Shown here: one piece after another, positions 18,795 through 28,587 of the stretch
Layout of the letters: every line of letters starts with the position of its first letter
How positions within the stretch are numbered: the first letter of the stretch is position 1
Assembly: GCA_041665545.1 (NCBI GenBank)
Contig: JBAYIQ010000001.1
Coordinates: forward strand, 222,448 to 286,447
DNA from: Patescibacteria group bacterium
Lineage (GTDB): Bacteria > Patescibacteriota > Patescibacteriia > UBA1558 > GWA2-36-10
DNA: 64,000 nt
Direction of reading: 5' to 3'
Position numbers and translations under genes: made by a program
The notes under the pieces: generated by a model
Database searches by the model: none
Seen by the model: only the letters and a program-made list of their open reading frames with translations
What the model was told of the DNA's origin: nothing

Positions 18795-21605
18795 CTAAGA
18801 CTGCATTTCTTCTTTATTCGGCTCACCGCCACTGACTGGTATCACAAACTGGAAAATACTCCCCTTTTCTTTGCCAGCACTCTCTACCCATATTTGACCA
18901 CCATGCTCTTTGATAATCTTCTGAGCGATGAATAAGCCCAAACCAGAACCACCAGTGTGAATCTGCGCCGCGCCACTAGCGCGCACAAATTTTCTAAATA
19001 AATTTTTGGCTTCCTCGGGGTCTATACCAATACCAGTATCTTGCACTTGGAAATGAAAATTTTCACCTTCAATAAAAGCGCTAACTTCAATCTGCCCTTT
19101 GGGCGTATATTTTATGGAATTATCAATCAAGTTCAAAATCACTTCGCGCAATTTATCAGAATCAGCGGCCACCAATGGCAAGGCCGGCTTTGATTTTTTG
19201 TAAATCAACTTCACGCCTTTTTTGTCTGACTCATTGTGTAGCTCGGCAATGACACTATCAATCATGTCGCTAATCTGCAAGGGCTTTTTTTCTATTTTTA
19301 ATCTTCCGGACTCAATGCGCGACACATTCAAAAATATATTGACCAAGCGAGCCAAGCGAGCGGCGCTTTCAAATAAATCTTTGATTACTTTGCCAACTTT
19401 TGGCGTTACCGGCCCAAAATCTCCATCAGAAATCATAGACAAGTAGCCCTTAAGCGCTGAAATTGGTGTGCGCAACTGGTGAGAAGCAATGGACAAAAAC
19501 TCTGATTTGGCTTGATCCAACTCGCGCAAGCGCATATTAGCAATTTGCAAATCTTGATTGGTTGTTTGTAAATTATTATATAAGCGCAAGTTTCTGGACA
19601 CAATGCCCACTTGGCTGGTCAGAGCCGTCATGGTGTCTAAATCCAGTGAAGTCACTTTTGATTTTTCTACAGCCAACAAAAAATGAATAATACCAATTAT
19701 TTTATCTTCCGAAAAAATTGGAAAGCCAACTATTGCTTTGACCCCCAAGGCCTCCTGCACTTTATCCATGACCAACTTATCAACTGGAGGTGAAAAGAAA
19801 TCCGACATTTTGTCAGAATCATTTCTTGTTCCGGATAATACTGTCTTGACGCCCAAAGAATAGCCCGCCTCTAATTTGGCTTCAAACTTTTTGGGATCCT
19901 GCCCCAAAATTTGCGTCACTAGTTTAGTCTGTTCACTCTCTGTGATTGCCCCAATACGTAAAACATTGGTTCGCTCATCCACAAAGCTCAAAACACCACC
20001 TACATAGCCAAACTCAGAATAAATACTGTTAGCAATCATTTGATTAATCTGCTTGAGGTCCATGGTGCGACCTACTTTATTGGTCACGGCCTGCATGGCT
20101 GTCAAAAACTTATTGCGTTGTTCTAGACCTACATTTGCTATTTTTAAACTTTTTGTCTTAGCATCAACCTTGACTTGCAAGTCACGCTTTTGTAACTGAA
20201 CTTCTTCGTAGAGTTTGGACTTCTCAATTGCTGTGGCAATTTGGGGAGTCAAAATTTTCAAAAAATTAATGTCGTCTTGACTGTAAAGATCGCCAGAGCT
20301 TTTTGCAGAAAAAAATAACATTGAAGTTAAACTCCCATCTTCTCCAGAAACGGGAACTATCATCTCTATTTTTAAATTTTCTGCCTCTTGAATAAAATTA
20401 CCTAAAATTTTATAATAAGGAACTTCTGAGCTTATATTACTATGGTCTCTTATTAATTCCTCAACGATAATAAGTTCCTTTTTATTTATGATAAATTGAA
20501 TAAAATTTATATTAAACTTTGGAGGGGCACTATCTAGTTGAGAGCTGGCTATTAATATCCATTCCCCATTTTTTAATATTAATGACGAAATTAATCTAAT
20601 TTTTAACTGATCAGACAACAAATTGACTAAAGCCAATGAAAATTTAGCCAAATCAATCTCTTTGGCAACTACCGAACTAGCTTTCTGAAGTAACTTCTGA
20701 TAATCTACCCTGTTCTTATAAAATATACGGTCGGTCAAACGAGCAAAAATACTCTTCAAGGGGTCAAGAGTCAAGACGATAACTAAAGAAGTTACAACAA
20801 AAATTATTGCATTGCCGGACTGGTTTTCTCTGCTCAAGTATGTTCCTGATAAAAAAACCACCATTGCAAAAAATGATGCAAACAAAGCTACCAAAATTCC
20901 GTATAAAACACTTCTAATCAAAACTAAACGAATGTCCATTAATCTGTACTTAACAATCGCATATGTGGTAAATCCTACCATGAAGATAGTTAAAACTTGC
21001 CCAGACCAATTAATTGTGAAAATGCCAAACCAAGGTAACAATAAATTAGATATAAAAGCTAAATTGCTGGATAGTAAATAACCAGAAAAAACATATTTTA
21101 CCTGCAATTTTTTTAACCCCTCAAGTTTTTTAATCTTACTATTAAGATTATAAAAAGCTTGAAAAAAGTGGTAGAAAAAATAAACTACATACAAAATATA
21201 CAACTTACCAAAATATATAATGTTTTCACCGTCAACAACTGTTTTAGCACTAAATATAATTCTATCCGTAAAAAGAATCATACCGTTTATAAGTATAAAA
21301 AAAACGGATACAAATATTATGTATTTCGGGTTAAGTTTCCCGCCCTCTGGAAAAACGATTGAAAAAAACAAAAAAGCTGGTGATGTAAACGTCGCAAACA
21401 CATACAATAGTTTGCATAAAAAAACTATATTAGCTTGATCAGAAAGTCTATACAATATCATCCCTGTACCCCAAAATATAATAGCTACAATAACAAATAA
21501 ATAACTTCTATTTACGGATGCATGTTTATTATTTTTATATATAAAATAACCTAATAATATATTAAGGATAAGTACAACTAAAATGATTATATTAATGTAA
21601 TCCAT
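18795..21605 (-). CDS. Sensor histidine kinase: HisKA_7TM-like N-terminus, two GAF-like regions, HisKA, HATPase
   Basis: Multiple N-terminal TM helices ending YAIVKYRLMDI; EFLSIASHQLRTP; NLIDNSIKYT; DTGIGI; GSGLGLFI. Confidence 0.93.
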   Translation of the reverse strand: MDYINIIILVVLILNILLGYFIYKNNKHASVNRSYLFVIVAIIFWGTGMILYRLSDQANIVFLCKLLYVFATFTSPAFLFFSIVFPEGGKLNPKYIIFVSVFFILINGMILFTDRIIFSAKTVVDGENIIYFGKLYILYVVYFFYHFFQAFYNLNSKIKKLEGLKKLQVKYVFSGYLLSSNLAFISNLLLPWFGIFTINWSGQVLTIFMVGFTTYAIVKYRLMDIRLVLIRSVLYGILVALFASFFAMVVFLSGTYLSRENQSGNAIIFVVTSLVIVLTLDPLKSIFARLTDRIFYKNRVDYQKLLQKASSVVAKEIDLAKFSLALVNLLSDQLKIRLISSLILKNGEWILIASSQLDSAPPKFNINFIQFIINKKELIIVEELIRDHSNISSEVPYYKILGNFIQEAENLKIEMIVPVSGEDGSLTSMLFFSAKSSGDLYSQDDINFLKILTPQIATAIEKSKLYEEVQLQKRDLQVKVDAKTKSLKIANVGLEQRNKFLTAMQAVTNKVGRTMDLKQINQMIANSIYSEFGYVGGVLSFVDERTNVLRIGAITESEQTKLVTQILGQDPKKFEAKLEAGYSLGVKTVLSGTRNDSDKMSDFFSPPVDKLVMDKVQEALGVKAIVGFPIFSEDKIIGIIHFLLAVEKSKVTSLDLDTMTALTSQVGIVSRNLRLYNNLQTTNQDLQIANMRLRELDQAKSEFLSIASHQLRTPISALKGYLSMISDGDFGPVTPKVGKVIKDLFESAARLARLVNIFLNVSRIESGRLKIEKKPLQISDMIDSVIAELHNESDKKGVKLIYKKSKPALPLVAADSDKLREVILNLIDNSIKYTPKGQIEVSAFIEGENFHFQVQDTGIGIDPEEAKNLFRKFVRASGAAQIHTGGSGLGLFIAQKIIKEHGGQIWVESAGKEKGSIFQFVIPVSGGEPNKEEMQS

Positions 21606-21609
21606 TTGA

Positions 21610-22713
21610 CTAAGATAAAATATATTTTAAATAATCATCACTAATTGGTCTACCGAAAGATCTAAATCGTGCCGGTTCTATGCCAATGACATTCGCCATT
21701 TTTTTTATCCTAATAATTTGTTCCTTATTTGTATCGCCTATTGTGGTGCAATTACTATCTAATGCGGCAAGCGTTATTAATTCTCCCATACAGCTAAATA
21801 TATCCCCATCATCTGTTAACCCTAAATCAAAATTATATTTAATATTTTTATAATTACAAACACCACCCTCTATAACCAATGTCCGATGATTTTTAGAATT
21901 AATTTTTTTTGATGCATTTAGTGGTTGTGCATCATCTATAATAATTGTCCCCTCCTTCAACATGTTGCTAGATTGTATTATAGAGTAAGGTGCGTTTGTG
22001 GCTGTAATAATTATATCGGCTTTTTTTATAATATCTAATGAGCTACTATAACTTAAAATTTTTTCCGACGATAAATTAAATTTACTTTTTAATTTTTCCA
22101 TATCTTTGTCAACCAAAATAAACTTTTTAAAATGGTCAGTTAAGACTGCATAACATGAGGAGCCAATTGAACCCGCGGCCCCAACAATACCAATTGTTAA
22201 TTCTTTGCTAGTCAAATTTTTCATTCTTATTGCATTATTTGAAACCACCCATGCCGTGTAAGAATGTCCCGTTGTTAATCTACAATTAATTTTATCTTTA
22301 ATATCTAAACCATTTCTAGTAAATGACGCACTCAGTGCTCCTAAACCAATGATCTTGGCTCCTAATTTTTCAGCAAACTTTGCTGCTTTAAGAATTTTTT
22401 TTGTGGCCAACTCTCTATTTTTAGTCATGTCCGAAGCATCCATTGGTGACCCAATAAACAAGCCCCTCTTTTCAATATTACTATATTTAAGGCCGTATAT
22501 GTAACTCAGTCTTATTGGAAATAAATATTTACCTATAAAACTTAATATTTTGTATGGAACTCGATTATTAAGCAAGGAAAATTTCCTATTGAGATCGTGA
22601 TAATCCCTAGAATGCACAATGAAAACATAGTCTGCAGAAATATTTAACTTTTTAACCAATTTAATTGAGATATTCTTTGGCAAAAAATTTATAAAAAAAT
22701 CAATCAACAACAT
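21610..22713 (-). CDS. NAD(P)-dependent reductase resembling fatty-aldehyde-forming acyl-ACP reductase (COG5322-like)
   Basis: FIVH, GAKIIGLGAL, LTTGHSYT, Rossmann motif GAAGSIG, VIEGG, IFSCMGE (Cys at the Aar active-site position). Confidence 0.7.
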   Translation of the reverse strand: MLLIDFFINFLPKNISIKLVKKLNISADYVFIVHSRDYHDLNRKFSLLNNRVPYKILSFIGKYLFPIRLSYIYGLKYSNIEKRGLFIGSPMDASDMTKNRELATKKILKAAKFAEKLGAKIIGLGALSASFTRNGLDIKDKINCRLTTGHSYTAWVVSNNAIRMKNLTSKELTIGIVGAAGSIGSSCYAVLTDHFKKFILVDKDMEKLKSKFNLSSEKILSYSSSLDIIKKADIIITATNAPYSIIQSSNMLKEGTIIIDDAQPLNASKKINSKNHRTLVIEGGVCNYKNIKYNFDLGLTDDGDIFSCMGELITLAALDSNCTTIGDTNKEQIIRIKKMANVIGIEPARFRSFGRPISDDYLKYILS

Positions 22714-22740
22714 AATCTTATATTTAATAAAATGTATTCG

Positions 22741-23613
22741 TTAATAATATTTAGTAACCTTTGCAATATGTGGCATTTCGGATTTAAATTTATTCTTTTT
22801 GTGCATTTCTAATACAGCGTCAACGATAAATAAGTTTTTATTTTCATTATTTCTTAAAAAGCCAAAACTAGTAATATCTTGTATTTGCTTAGCACTATAG
22901 CCCTGATCTTTCGCCTCAATTATTATTTCTGCTTCTAAATAACTAAAACCCAATTCATCTTCGTCTGTTTGATTTTTCCAGAGACCAGCGGTTGGTGCCT
23001 TACTTATAATATTATCTGGCACATTCATAAATGAAGCAATTTCTCTAACGTGCCGCTTTGACAAATCGCCAATCGGACTTATGTCAACCTGTCCATCTCC
23101 CCTTTTAGTAAAATAGCCCAAAGCATAATCCTCGTCCTTATTACCTGTTCCCAATATTAAACTATCTAGAGCGGCAGCATATCTAGACAAAATAATTGCC
23201 CTAATTTCGCTTGCAACATTACCTTTATCATAATTATTCCTAACAATACCCTTCAATAAACCACAAAAAGATTCAATTATTGATGATATATCAATGACTT
23301 TATAATCAATGGCTAATGTTTTAGCAATATTAATGCCAATTTTAGTATCATTAATATTGTTAGTACTAGAAGGCATTATTAATCCACACAAAGACAATTC
23401 TTTTTTACCATTTTTATATTTATAATCATCAAATGCTGCTTTTGCTAAATAAGCCACTGTCGTAGAGTCAACTCCACCACTCAAACCAATAACCCCGCCC
23501 TTTTTATTAGCATTTTTTATTTCATCTACTATAAAATTCTGTATCTCCTGAGCAACAATTGCCGTTTTAATTTTGGGCAATTTAATTTTTTTTTCTATCT
23601 TTTCTAAATTCAT
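22741..23613 (-). CDS. nadE: NH3-dependent NAD+ synthetase
   Basis: GLSGGVDS, GTGNKDE, GYFTKRGDG, KAPTAGLW..QTDEDELG. Confidence 0.9.
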   Translation of the reverse strand: MNLEKIEKKIKLPKIKTAIVAQEIQNFIVDEIKNANKKGGVIGLSGGVDSTTVAYLAKAAFDDYKYKNGKKELSLCGLIMPSSTNNINDTKIGINIAKTLAIDYKVIDISSIIESFCGLLKGIVRNNYDKGNVASEIRAIILSRYAAALDSLILGTGNKDEDYALGYFTKRGDGQVDISPIGDLSKRHVREIASFMNVPDNIISKAPTAGLWKNQTDEDELGFSYLEAEIIIEAKDQGYSAKQIQDITSFGFLRNNENKNLFIVDAVLEMHKKNKFKSEMPHIAKVTKYY

Positions 23614-23640
23614 ACTATATACAAAAAATAACCAATTTAT

Positions 23641-25362
23641 TTATACAATATACTTATTTAAAATATTCTTTCTTCTCAACTTCAACGTAATAGTCAACAT
23701 TCCATTCTCCACACTAAATTCCTCAGCAATTAACTTAAAACTACTAATTTTTTCATTTTTTGACAGATCTTTTAACGATTCGTCAATGATCTGTGTATAA
23801 AGATTTTTCACAGCGCTCAGCTCCAATACTTCTGGTAATTTAAACTCTATATTTGCCTGTTCACACCACTTTTTTAATTCAGCCATATCTGGAACAATAA
23901 AAGCTGACAAAGCTTTTTGCTTGTCGCCATAAACCATGCTTTGGCTAATATATTTGCTGGCGTTTAAGTCATACTCTATTGGCTCAGGAAAAATATTTTT
24001 GCCAGTTGACAACACTATCACATCTTTGGCTCGACCAATGATGGTCAAAAATCCATCATTATCAAAAAAACCCAAATCTCCAGTGCGTAGCCAAGCATCG
24101 GCGTCAAAAGCTTCCTGGCTCAATATTTCATTGTCATAATAACCAGACATCACATTATCGCCTTTGAGCAATATTTCTTTTTCCGATGACAACTTAATTT
24201 GATTGCAAACCAAAGGCAAACCCACTGTGCCAAATTTATAATTATCCGGATGATTGACCGCCACTATTGGCGAGGCCTCGGTCAAGCCATAGCCCTCAAT
24301 CAGCTTCAAGCCCAAGCTATCAAAAAATTTGGCAATAGCTGGATTGAGCGAAGCTCCACCGGAGATAGCCAAGCGTAATTTACCACCCAAAATACTCCTT
24401 ATTTTCTTAAGTACCAAATAGTCTAAAATCTGATACTGCCATTTTTCTATAAAATTAAGCTGTCTTTTTTTCTTGGCATCAACCAAATTTAAGGTGCGAT
24501 AAAATAATTTTTTTTTAAAATTACTACCGCTCTTGATTTGATCAAAAACTTTGGCGTATATTTTTTCAAATATTCTAGGTACACAAGGCAAAACAGTGGG
24601 CTGAACCAACTTAATATCATCAATCATGGTCTTGGCGCTCACTGCGTAATAAATACTACAACCCGTAAAAAGCGGGCTATAATAGCCAGCCATTCTTTCA
24701 AAAGCATGTGACAAGGGCAAAAAGGAAAAAAATTTATCACTTTCGTAGATTGGTACATTGCGTCGGGCTGATTGAGCATCGCTGACTAAATTCTTCTGCG
24801 AAAGCATCACACCTTTGGGGTCACCCGTAGTCCCAGAGGTATAGATAATAGTATGCAAATCATCTTCCTGAGAAATAGCTTCAATATCAACTAATTTACT
24901 CTTATCAAAAACTGGCCAAGGCAATACTCTTTTATCCTCAATGTCTTGTGTCAGACCAACTACATATATTTCTTTGAGTGGTAAAGATAAGATGTTATTT
25001 TTATATTTGGCAAACAATTCTTGATTAATCAATAAATATTTAGCACCAGAATGATTAACTATGGTTTCCAAATATTTTTCTGGATAAGTATAGTGCACGG
25101 GCACTAAAACTAAACCCAAAGTAGCCACGGCCAGATCGGCCATGACCCACTCCGCACTATTGGGCAACATGACGGCTATTTTTTCACCCCTCACATAGCC
25201 CTTTTTTTGCCAATATTCGGCCAACTGACTGCGCAAATTGTTGAGCTCTTGATAACTAATTGTTTGATACTGACCTTGAACCAAAAAACCCAAAGCCGGA
25301 CGCAGACCAAAATCGCGAACTACTTCCAGAAAATTAGCAATGATTGTGCTGGACATAGGCAA
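23641..25362 (-). CDS. Long-chain fatty acid-CoA ligase (FadD/ACSBG-like)
   Basis: IYTSGTTGDPKG, SFLPLSHAFER, EGYGLTE, RTGDLG, GRAKD, TLKLRR. Confidence 0.9.
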   Translation of the reverse strand: MPMSSTIIANFLEVVRDFGLRPALGFLVQGQYQTISYQELNNLRSQLAEYWQKKGYVRGEKIAVMLPNSAEWVMADLAVATLGLVLVPVHYTYPEKYLETIVNHSGAKYLLINQELFAKYKNNILSLPLKEIYVVGLTQDIEDKRVLPWPVFDKSKLVDIEAISQEDDLHTIIYTSGTTGDPKGVMLSQKNLVSDAQSARRNVPIYESDKFFSFLPLSHAFERMAGYYSPLFTGCSIYYAVSAKTMIDDIKLVQPTVLPCVPRIFEKIYAKVFDQIKSGSNFKKKLFYRTLNLVDAKKKRQLNFIEKWQYQILDYLVLKKIRSILGGKLRLAISGGASLNPAIAKFFDSLGLKLIEGYGLTEASPIVAVNHPDNYKFGTVGLPLVCNQIKLSSEKEILLKGDNVMSGYYDNEILSQEAFDADAWLRTGDLGFFDNDGFLTIIGRAKDVIVLSTGKNIFPEPIEYDLNASKYISQSMVYGDKQKALSAFIVPDMAELKKWCEQANIEFKLPEVLELSAVKNLYTQIIDESLKDLSKNEKISSFKLIAEEFSVENGMLTITLKLRRKNILNKYIV

Positions 25363-25423
25363 TTAAACAACTATATTTTAACACAAATAGCCCACTATAT
25401 ACAATAGTTAGAAAAAACAAAAA

Positions 25424-25446
25424 ACCCCACATTACGGGGTTCTTTA
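25424..25446 (-). terminator. Probable intrinsic terminator after metG
   Basis: AACCCC-loop-GGGGTT hairpin followed by a T-run on the minus strand. Confidence 0.55.
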
Positions 25447-25466
25447 CTAATTGATTAAATAATCTA

Positions 25467-27137
25467 TCACTTACCCAAAGCTTGTACCTCTTGTTCTACC
25501 ACTTCATCATCTATTCTGGCAAACAATGGCTCAACTTTAGCAATCTTAATAGTTGGCAACAAAGCATACTGCCAGCCGGCTGTTTGGTTTCTCTCTTGAC
25601 CAAGCATTGTCAATATTTTATCAGTCGAATTTGGTATAAATGGATTAAGTAGGGTCGCTAGGTTATAAATTACTTGGCTAGCCACAAACAATGAGCGCTC
25701 TGCTGAAGCCCGATCAGTAGTTATCTGCTTCCAAGGTGAGGTCTCTTCTAAGTATCGATTGGCGCTTTCGGCTAGATTCAAAATAATTTTTATACTGTCT
25801 CTAAATTTTGCCTTAGCAATATTCTCTCCCACACTGCCAAAGGCCTGCTCAGTCAACTTCAATAAATCTTTGGCCGGCTTATCAAGCTTGATGTCTGATT
25901 CGTGTAAACCATCCGGACAATGCTTGTTGATAAAAGAAAAAACTCTATTAACCAAATTACCAAACTTGCCAATCAGTTCAGAGTTGACTTTGACCTGGTA
26001 CTCGGCCCAAGAAAAATCCGCGTCCGATGTCTCTGGACCGCTGATCACCAAATAATATCGAATGGTATCGGCCTCAAATTTGGACAAAAAGTCTGGCAAC
26101 CACACTGCCCAATGACGGCTCTTGGAAAATTGCTTGTTTTCTATGGTCAAAAATTCTGACGATATAATATAATCAGGTAAGTGCAAATCTCCATGGCCCA
26201 AAAGCATGGCTGGCCAAATCACGGCATGAAAAGGAATATTATCTTTACCATGGAAATAATAATGCTGAGCCGAATCATTCTGCCAAAAATCTTGCCATAA
26301 TTTAGCATCACCCCTGTTTTGGGCCCATTCACAACTGGCTGATAAATAGCCAATCACGGCCTCAAACCAAACATAAATCTTCTTGCCCTCGTAACCGGGC
26401 AAGGGTATGTCTATGCCCCAATTAGTATCGCGAGTAATTGCTCGATCATGCAAGCCCTCTTGCAAAAAATTTAAAGTAAAATTTTTGGCATTGGCTCGCC
26501 AACCCTGACTCTTGGCTACCCACTTTTCCAGTTGTTTTTGGAAAGCTGATAATTTTAAGAAAAAATGTTCAGATGGTTTCCAGACTGGTGTAGAACCGCA
26601 GGTTTTACAGCGTGGCTTAATCAACTGATTGGCATCAAGTAATGACCCGCAATTATCACACTGATCACCACGAGCGCCTTCAAAATGACACTTGGGACAC
26701 TCGCCCTCAACATAACGATCTGGTAAAAATCTTTGACATTTTTCACAAAAAGCCAGATCTTCAAATTTGGAATAAATATAACCTTTTTTTTGCAGATCCA
26801 AAAAAAATTCTTGCACTACTTGCTCGTGATTTTTGGTAGTGGTCTTGGTGTAGCAGTCAAAAGAAAAATTTAATTTGTTAAGAAAAATATCTTTGAATTC
26901 GGCGTGATATTTTTCAGCAATTGTCTCTGGCGCCACGTTTTGCTTATCAGCTTCCACGGCAATCGGCGTGCCATGGCAATCACTGCCCGAGACCATCAAG
27001 ACATCATGCCCAGCTAGACGGTGATAGCGCGCCACGATATCCCCGCCCAACAGTCCAGCTAGATGCCCCAAATGCAAAGAACCATTGGCATAGGGCCAAG
27101 CCAAACCAATAAAAATTTTATTTTTTTTCTTATTCAT
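25467..27137 (-). CDS. metG: Methionine-tRNA ligase
   Basis: WPYANGSLHLGH, Zn knuckles, YVWFEA, GKDNIPFH, QFSKS. Confidence 0.97.
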   Translation of the reverse strand: MNKKKNKIFIGLAWPYANGSLHLGHLAGLLGGDIVARYHRLAGHDVLMVSGSDCHGTPIAVEADKQNVAPETIAEKYHAEFKDIFLNKLNFSFDCYTKTTTKNHEQVVQEFFLDLQKKGYIYSKFEDLAFCEKCQRFLPDRYVEGECPKCHFEGARGDQCDNCGSLLDANQLIKPRCKTCGSTPVWKPSEHFFLKLSAFQKQLEKWVAKSQGWRANAKNFTLNFLQEGLHDRAITRDTNWGIDIPLPGYEGKKIYVWFEAVIGYLSASCEWAQNRGDAKLWQDFWQNDSAQHYYFHGKDNIPFHAVIWPAMLLGHGDLHLPDYIISSEFLTIENKQFSKSRHWAVWLPDFLSKFEADTIRYYLVISGPETSDADFSWAEYQVKVNSELIGKFGNLVNRVFSFINKHCPDGLHESDIKLDKPAKDLLKLTEQAFGSVGENIAKAKFRDSIKIILNLAESANRYLEETSPWKQITTDRASAERSLFVASQVIYNLATLLNPFIPNSTDKILTMLGQERNQTAGWQYALLPTIKIAKVEPLFARIDDEVVEQEVQALGK

Positions 27138-27175
27138 CTTACTTTTGATAAGTAGAAATTTTAACAGATATTATT

Positions 27176-27991
27176 TTAAGCGTCAAAACTATCGCTATTT
27201 TCCTTAATAAAACGAGTAATTTTTTCAAAAACTAAATCATTTCTAGTTTTGTGAATCAAGTGATGATTTTCCTTATCCAAGATATAAAGCTCTTTATTTT
27301 TATGTTTGATCTGTTCAAAAAACCATTGGGAACTATACACTTGAGAAACCCGATCATTTCGGGAGTGGATGATTAGGGCCGGAATACGCACCTGATGACC
27401 TTCTTTTTTGGTAAAATTATCAATAAATTTGTAGAAATTTTTTATACTGGCTATTGGCAAATACAAATGTCTACCTAATTCTTTGATCTGACGCACATCC
27501 TGCACATCTATCCATCTTTTTTTGTATTTGTTAGTAACTAGAGCGGCTAGGGGCAGAAAAAAACGAATTACTTTTTCTTTCCACAAAAAAACTGGCAAGC
27601 TGATGGTCACCACTCCTCTGAGCTGAGGGTAGTGCGCGGCCAGATGCACAGCAACATTACTGCCAAATGATTCGCCAATCACAAAAATATTTTTGTAACG
27701 GGATAAATTTTTGTGCAATACTTTTTCGGCTGACTGGTACCAATCCAAGGCCGTGCTTTTTTGCAGAGCTTTGAAATCCCGACCATGTCCAGCCAACAAA
27801 ACTGTTTCCGTATCTATACAATGACCGGATAAATATTCGGCTAAATCATGAAAAATATAGGGCGAGCTAGAAAAGCCATGAATCAAAATAGCCAAAGTGT
27901 TATTGGACTCAGCGTGGATGACAAAGGGTTGGGCTTTGGGTGAAACATCCGGTAAAAAAGTAAAGTGTTTACTGACAACAGATTTTTCCAT
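27176..27991 (-). CDS. Alpha/beta hydrolase (carboxylesterase/monoacylglycerol lipase-like)
   Basis: IHGFSSSP, LAGHG, GESFG nucleophile, D and H in the C-terminal half. Confidence 0.88.
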   Translation of the reverse strand: MEKSVVSKHFTFLPDVSPKAQPFVIHAESNNTLAILIHGFSSSPYIFHDLAEYLSGHCIDTETVLLAGHGRDFKALQKSTALDWYQSAEKVLHKNLSRYKNIFVIGESFGSNVAVHLAAHYPQLRGVVTISLPVFLWKEKVIRFFLPLAALVTNKYKKRWIDVQDVRQIKELGRHLYLPIASIKNFYKFIDNFTKKEGHQVRIPALIIHSRNDRVSQVYSSQWFFEQIKHKNKELYILDKENHHLIHKTRNDLVFEKITRFIKENSDSFDA

Positions 27992-27993
27992 AA

Positions 27994-28575
27994 TTATTTT
28001 TTGATTTTAAACTTAGTCGACAAATAGTTTTGCCACTCTTTATCATTATCCATCAAGCCCTGTATTTGTTGTCTCAATAAAGTGGCTTTGTCTATTTTGG
28101 TAGATGCGCTTTTCCAATCCAAATATTCATTGATCTTGCGTGACAAACGTAAAGTATATTTGATGTTGTATAGTTCGGCCAAATTTTCCTGCCCCAAAGA
28201 TTCTAGAAAGTTGGCTACTTTTTCCAAAGCATTCTGGTTCTGATAACGCTCCAGGCGCATTTTCTTGGCTACTGTTTTGTCCACCAATAAATGCTCCAAG
28301 GCCTGATCAATTTTGGCACCAGCTGGCAACAAACACAAAATATCTTTATTCTTGGACACGGCCCAAGCCAGCCAATAGCCACCCTGAGCATCTAGTCGCT
28401 GGCCATAAATCACCAAGGCATCTACTTTGTCCATTGGCAAGCTGGTGGCATCAGAGCTGGCTTTTTTGGTGGAGGTTTCACTGATGACAGTGGCTCCGAC
28501 GCGACGCAAATACTGCAAAATTTGCTGACTATTTTGATCCGTATCGCTGGTGTTGCTGTAAAAATAAATATGCAT
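27994..28575 (-). CDS. Hypothetical protein: degenerate nucleoside-deoxyribosyltransferase-like domain plus putative C-terminal ribbon-helix-helix
   Basis: D-ALVI..GGYWLAWA..K-ILCL pattern; KYTLRLSRKINEYLDW..KATLLRQ. Confidence 0.55.
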   Translation of the reverse strand: MHIYFYSNTSDTDQNSQQILQYLRRVGATVISETSTKKASSDATSLPMDKVDALVIYGQRLDAQGGYWLAWAVSKNKDILCLLPAGAKIDQALEHLLVDKTVAKKMRLERYQNQNALEKVANFLESLGQENLAELYNIKYTLRLSRKINEYLDWKSASTKIDKATLLRQQIQGLMDNDKEWQNYLSTKFKIKK

Positions 28576-28587
28576 AAATTTTCTATC

